64,000 nt of DNA from Nitrososphaerota archaeon. Lineage in GTDB: Archaea; Thermoproteota; Nitrososphaeria_A; Caldarchaeales; JAVZCJ01. The position numbers were made by a program, and so were the translations under genes. Positions within the stretch are counted from its first letter, which is position 1. The number at the start of each line of letters is the position of its first letter. Under the pieces are notes generated by a model. It saw only the letters and a program-made list of their open reading frames with translations. It was not told the DNA's origin and made no database searches. This document shows positions 60,312 through 64,000 of this stretch, piece after piece. The stretch is taken from assembly GCA_038817485.1 (NCBI GenBank), contig JAWAZL010000002.1, positions 2,918 to 66,917 of the forward strand. The letters are read 5' to 3'.

Positions 60312-60734
60312 TTAACTGTTGAAATTTGACTCATTTAACCACCTCCACTCATTTTTTAAATATGAATAAATATCTTCTATTTCATTTAAACCATACTTTT
60401 TAAATTCACTTATTTTTTTCCAATAATATAAATCAACTTTATACCCTTTTATTGAAAGTAAGTTATAAAGTTTTTTGCATATATTTCTTCCTTCTTGATC
60501 AAAATCTACTAATAAAATGAATTTTTTAGTAGTCCTTTCTTTATGTATAAATTCTAAGAGTTGTCTATATTCTAATATTTTCCCCTTAAAACCAAAACTT
60601 TTTAATGCTTCTCTATCTCTTTTTCCCTCTACTATTAAAATTGTTCCCTCTTCTTTATTCAAATCATCGATTATTTTCATTAAAGATTCTATTAATGCAA
60701 AATTATTCTTTTTAACTATATTTCTTAATTTCAT
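60312..60734 (-). CDS. Small Toprim-domain protein (COG1658-like)
   Basis: 140 aa with ILIVEGKRDREAL and LLVDFDQEGRNI. Confidence 0.6.
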   Translation of the reverse strand: MKLRNIVKKNNFALIESLMKIIDDLNKEEGTILIVEGKRDREALKSFGFKGKILEYRQLLEFIHKERTTKKFILLVDFDQEGRNICKKLYNLLSIKGYKVDLYYWKKISEFKKYGLNEIEDIYSYLKNEWRWLNESNFNS

Positions 60735-60794
60735 TTTTTATACATCAATTTATTAAGTTCCTTTTTTTCAAAAATATATGTATATTTAAGTCTT

Positions 60795-61820
60795 TTAAAT
60801 GTTTTCATCCTTTTTTTCTTTAATAATATTTAGTATTTCATTCTTATTCTTAAAATATTTCCTTACAGGCTCCAAAATTTTTATTAAACTTTCTGATACA
60901 GCCTTTTTAAGATCTAAAGGATGTAATTTCCCCCCCTCATATTCTTCTTTTAATTCTTTAAATGAATAAAATGTAATTCTTCCACCATACTTACTAGGCC
61001 TTTCAACTTCTAATTTTTGATAATAAGGAAAAATTATATAATTACAAATTTCTATTATTGGATTATTAATTACTTCTTTTGCTGGACAATATGCTTTCAT
61101 AATTTTTTCCTCAATCACTTCTGGAGGATCATGAACTGCTATAAATGTTTCAGGTTTACTTGAAGACATTTTTTCTCCAGGTCCTGTTAAAGAAGTTAAT
61201 ATAGCTGTATGGAGACATACCGGTTTTTTATAACCTATTTCTGGTAAAAATTCTCTAGCAAGCATATGTATTTTTCTTTGATCCATTCCTCCATGAGCAA
61301 TATCTACGTTTAAATAAGCAATATCAAGACATTGAAAAACTGGATAAACTATTTGTGAAACACGAGCATCTTCCATTTTTCTACCAACAATTGTCATACT
61401 TCTTTTTGCTCTAGCGATAGTTATACGTAAACTAAGCCTCATAAAATCTTCGATATATTTCCTATCTAATTCAAAATCTGATCCTTGAATAAATATTGTT
61501 TTTTGAGGATCTAAGCCGCACGCAATAAAACAATGCTGCGAGTATTCTTGCATTTTATGAATCCATTCTAAGGAACCTTTTCTATTCATAAAAGTATGTA
61601 AGTCAGGCCATAAAACTTTTACAATTAAACCAATTTTTTGCAAATCTATTTGTTTTTTAATAGCTATTAAATGACCTAAATGAATTGGTCCACTTGTTTC
61701 ATACCCACAATATGTTATTGGATGCTCTTTTTCTTCTAAAATTTTTCGTAATTCTTCTTCATTTATAATCTCCACTGTAGGCGGGCTTTTTATAATCTTT
61801 ATTTTTTCTTCTATATCCAT
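60795..61820 (-). CDS. tyrS: Tyrosyl-tRNA synthetase (class I)
   Basis: HIGH is HLGH (GPIHLGHLIAI) and KMSKS is KMSSS. At 341 aa it has the archaeal TyrRS size. Confidence 0.7.
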   Translation of the reverse strand: MDIEEKIKIIKSPPTVEIINEEELRKILEEKEHPITYCGYETSGPIHLGHLIAIKKQIDLQKIGLIVKVLWPDLHTFMNRKGSLEWIHKMQEYSQHCFIACGLDPQKTIFIQGSDFELDRKYIEDFMRLSLRITIARAKRSMTIVGRKMEDARVSQIVYPVFQCLDIAYLNVDIAHGGMDQRKIHMLAREFLPEIGYKKPVCLHTAILTSLTGPGEKMSSSKPETFIAVHDPPEVIEEKIMKAYCPAKEVINNPIIEICNYIIFPYYQKLEVERPSKYGGRITFYSFKELKEEYEGGKLHPLDLKKAVSESLIKILEPVRKYFKNKNEILNIIKEKKDENI

Positions 61821-61857
61821 AACTCTATTAAATGCAATAAAAATAGTAATTTAAAAA

Positions 61858-61965
61858 GCTTTGGGGGTACTTTTGTCGCTCGCCACGAACATTGTTTATC
61901 ATTGAAAGAGTTTAAACTCTTTCTCTAAACAACTCTTGGATGGCGAGCAATTGTACCCCTTTTTT
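61858..61965 (+). ncRNA. Candidate small structured RNA: a roughly 105-nt extended hairpin followed by an oligo-T tract
   Basis: GGGGTAC...TCGCTCGCCA pairs with TGGCGAGC...GTACCCC. An internal perfect palindrome AAAGAGTTTAAACTCTTT is present. An A/T-rich TATA-like box lies about 25 nt upstream and the T7 run follows immediately. Confidence 0.4.
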
Positions 61966-62033
61966 TATTTTAAATACGTTTAAAATAAAAATTTTTATTA
62001 ATATTTTTCATAAAAAAAGAAATGAGTTAGAAA

Positions 62034-62906
62034 ATGATTTATATAGATGATTTTTTTGAAGCTGGAAAAATAGCTAAAAAAATTAAAGAAGAGATTGGAA
62101 AAATAGTTAAAGAAGGTGAAAAATTAATTGAAATAGCCGAATATCTCGAGAATAGAATAAAAGATGAAGGTGGAATTCCAGCTTTTCCATGCAATATAGG
62201 TATAAATGAAGTCGCGGCCCATTATTCTCCTATTCCAAACGATTCTTCAGTTATACCCCCAAACTCGATTGTAAAAATAGATATTGGTGTACATGTAAAT
62301 GGATGTATTGCCGATACTGCTTTAACAATTAGCTTAAATCCAGAATACGATCCTTTAGTTTCGACTGTTAATATTGCTTTAGAAGAGGCGTTAAAAATTA
62401 TTAAAGCAGGAGTTTTTACATCATATATAGGTGAAGTTATTAGTTCAACTATTAAAAAATATGGTTTTAAGCCTATTTCAAATTTAACGGGTCACGAAAT
62501 AGATAGATATAAACTTCATGCAGGAACATCGATCCCTAATGTACCCACAAGAGAAAAAAATATTTTTAAAGAAAATCATATATATGCTATAGAACCTTTT
62601 GCAACATTTTCTAAAGCTATTGGCGAAGTATTTTCTGGAAAAGAAATAACAATATATAAACTTAAAGAAAATTTTATTATTAAAGAAGAAAATTTTATTA
62701 AAAAAATTAAGGAAAAAGTAAATTCTTTACCTTATTCTCTTAGATGGTTTGAGTTATCAGATATTGAAATGAAAATTCATCAAAAACTTTTTAAAAAAGG
62801 TATGATATTAGGTTATCCTATTCTAATAGAAAAATCTGGCTATCCTGTAGCTCAAGCTGAGCATACAATTCTCGTTTTGAAAGATGGTTGTAAAATCCTT
62901 ACTTAA
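62034..62906 (+). CDS. map: Methionine aminopeptidase, type 2 (archaeal)
   Basis: 290 aa. Metal-ligand segments are DIGVHVNGCIADTA and GHEIDRY, with HAG and EHT motifs. Confidence 0.8.
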   Translation: MIYIDDFFEAGKIAKKIKEEIGKIVKEGEKLIEIAEYLENRIKDEGGIPAFPCNIGINEVAAHYSPIPNDSSVIPPNSIVKIDIGVHVNGCIADTALTISLNPEYDPLVSTVNIALEEALKIIKAGVFTSYIGEVISSTIKKYGFKPISNLTGHEIDRYKLHAGTSIPNVPTREKNIFKENHIYAIEPFATFSKAIGEVFSGKEITIYKLKENFIIKEENFIKKIKEKVNSLPYSLRWFELSDIEMKIHQKLFKKGMILGYPILIEKSGYPVAQAEHTILVLKDGCKILT

Positions 62907-62949
62907 AGCTTCCTAAAACAATAATTTTAATAATTTAAAACTAAGAAAG

Positions 62950-63177
62950 TTAAACTTTTTCTTCAATTTTCTTTTCTTCTACATATATACCAACGATGAT
63001 CATAGTTCCGCCACATTTAGGGCATTTATCTGTTTCTTTAAAAATAAAATCATTTTCTTTAAAAATTCTAGTATTTCTTGAATTACATGAAGGACATTTT
63101 AAAACTGTTATTGGGAATGTTTCTTGTTTTTTCAAATTTTCTTTCCTTAAAAAGAATAATGGAAAAATTTTTAGCAT
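62950..63177 (-). CDS. Small Zn-ribbon protein
   Basis: 75 aa with CPSC...(17 aa)...CPKCGG. Confidence 0.45.
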   Translation of the reverse strand: MLKIFPLFFLRKENLKKQETFPITVLKCPSCNSRNTRIFKENDFIFKETDKCPKCGGTMIIVGIYVEEKKIEEKV

Positions 63178-63250
63178 TCTATTTTCACCATATTTTAATT
63201 TCTTTTTGTAAGTTTAAAACTGTTTATATTTCTTTTTTATAAAAAATAAA

Positions 63251-63967
63251 TTAGGAAGGTATTCCTATTCCAACACTATTTCCTATTCCTGCTAATATAG
63301 CTATAAATCCAGGAGGTACTTCCTCCGTTATTAATTTCTTAATTCTTTCAATAACAACATCAACTGCTTTGTATATTTTTTCTCTCAATGGTGTAATAGC
63401 ATCAGTTATAGATTCTGTAATTACTAATGCATGTAAGGGAATTCCATATGTCTTAGCAATTTCTTCTATCTTATATTTATCTATTCCTGGTCCACCTATT
63501 GCTACACCTATTCCTTCCATCATTTTCCCTGTCTCTTCCCCTTCTAATTTAATTGCTGCATCTACTGTTAATATTAATTTTATTTTATCTTTTTCTTTTT
63601 CAACTATTCTTTTTACAGCTTCTCCTGGCCTTCCAACCGTTGCACCTGGACCTAAAGCTCTTACAACTAAAACTTTTCTTCCTTCGAAATCCACCTCTGA
63701 AACTATAGTATCTTTAGCAACTTCCATTCTATTTCTCTCATTTCCATTTCTATAAGCAAATTCTGCAGCAACAAGAACTCCTATTCCATCACCTATTGGT
63801 TGTCCATATTCAAATGCTTGAGCTGCTTTTCTATAAGCTTCAGCTATTTCCATAATTTGTGGTAAAATCATTTGTATTTGAAGAGCAATAGCATAATTTG
63901 CTGTCTTTTTACCAAGTAAATAATAGTGTCTAACTAAACGATAAATAGTATTTAAACCTCTAGCCAC
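63251..63967 (-). CDS. Conserved hypothetical protein (may extend beyond the called start)
   Basis: 238-aa ORF rich in Gly (GPGATVGRPGEAV, GIGVAIGGPGIDK). I can assign no specific family. Confidence 0.4.
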   Translation of the reverse strand: MARGLNTIYRLVRHYYLLGKKTANYAIALQIQMILPQIMEIAEAYRKAAQAFEYGQPIGDGIGVLVAAEFAYRNGNERNRMEVAKDTIVSEVDFEGRKVLVVRALGPGATVGRPGEAVKRIVEKEKDKIKLILTVDAAIKLEGEETGKMMEGIGVAIGGPGIDKYKIEEIAKTYGIPLHALVITESITDAITPLREKIYKAVDVVIERIKKLITEEVPPGFIAILAGIGNSVGIGIPS

Positions 63968-64000
63968 TTCAACTAAATTTGATAATGTTTTTACTTGATA

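Overview
AT-rich archaeal chromosomal segment of about 64 kb. The K/I/E-rich proteins, archaeal box-A-like TATA promoters, an A-type ATPase, herA-mre11-rad50, pelota, tRNA-splicing endonuclease and an intron-containing tRNA indicate a thermophile. Coding density is high. The main contents in order are listed below.

- **1–5.6 kb:** herA-mre11-rad50 DNA end-resection operon, preceded by a partial upstream ORF.
- **5.7–13.2 kb:** a sulfur-trafficking neighbourhood. On the + strand sit a threonine-synthase-family PLP enzyme with an N-terminal Zn-ribbon, a MoaD/ThiS-like protein ending in GG, and an E1-like activating enzyme. On the − strand sit IscU-like scaffold, cysteine desulfurase, TusA-like and DsrE-like genes.
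- **13–31 kb:** housekeeping genes (ppaC, CDF transporter, hisS, a UbiA-family prenyltransferase, endA, ybaK-like, a LarA-like/DUF1537-kinase/PdxA-like trio, tungstate/molybdate ABC transporter, asnA-like). Two decayed genes are interspersed: an LLM-oxidoreductase fragment and a MATE-transporter pseudogene.
- **32.4–34.1 kb:** a frameshifted IS200/IS605-family TnpB element with a GC-rich right-end/ωRNA-like module. Three degenerate relics of that right end occur elsewhere in the window.
- **34.7–38.7 kb:** a GC-richer divergent pair of paralogous small membrane proteins sharing a perfect 30-bp palindrome, then a radical-SAM gene, proC and a repeat-containing surface protein.
- **39–44 kb:** a tRNA that best fits tRNA-Met(CAU) with two short introns; two adjacent GC-rich structured RNA genes (125 nt and about 338 nt), each with its own TATA box; a vapBC pair; pelota.
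- **45–57 kb:** a fragmented A1A0-ATPase locus. I-K-(unknown)-C lie on the − strand and H-E-F-D on the + strand. atpA and atpB are separated by a yrdC-like gene. The region is flanked by a 111-nt perfectly identical inverted repeat inside two paralogous small wHTH genes.
- **57–64 kb:** an intact LLM oxidoreductase; an archaeal DnaG whose conserved N-terminus is interrupted by a 26-nt insertion carrying a perfect 8-bp hairpin; a small Toprim protein; tyrS; a promoter-proximal roughly 105-nt hairpin RNA candidate; map.

No CRISPR array or rRNA was found.
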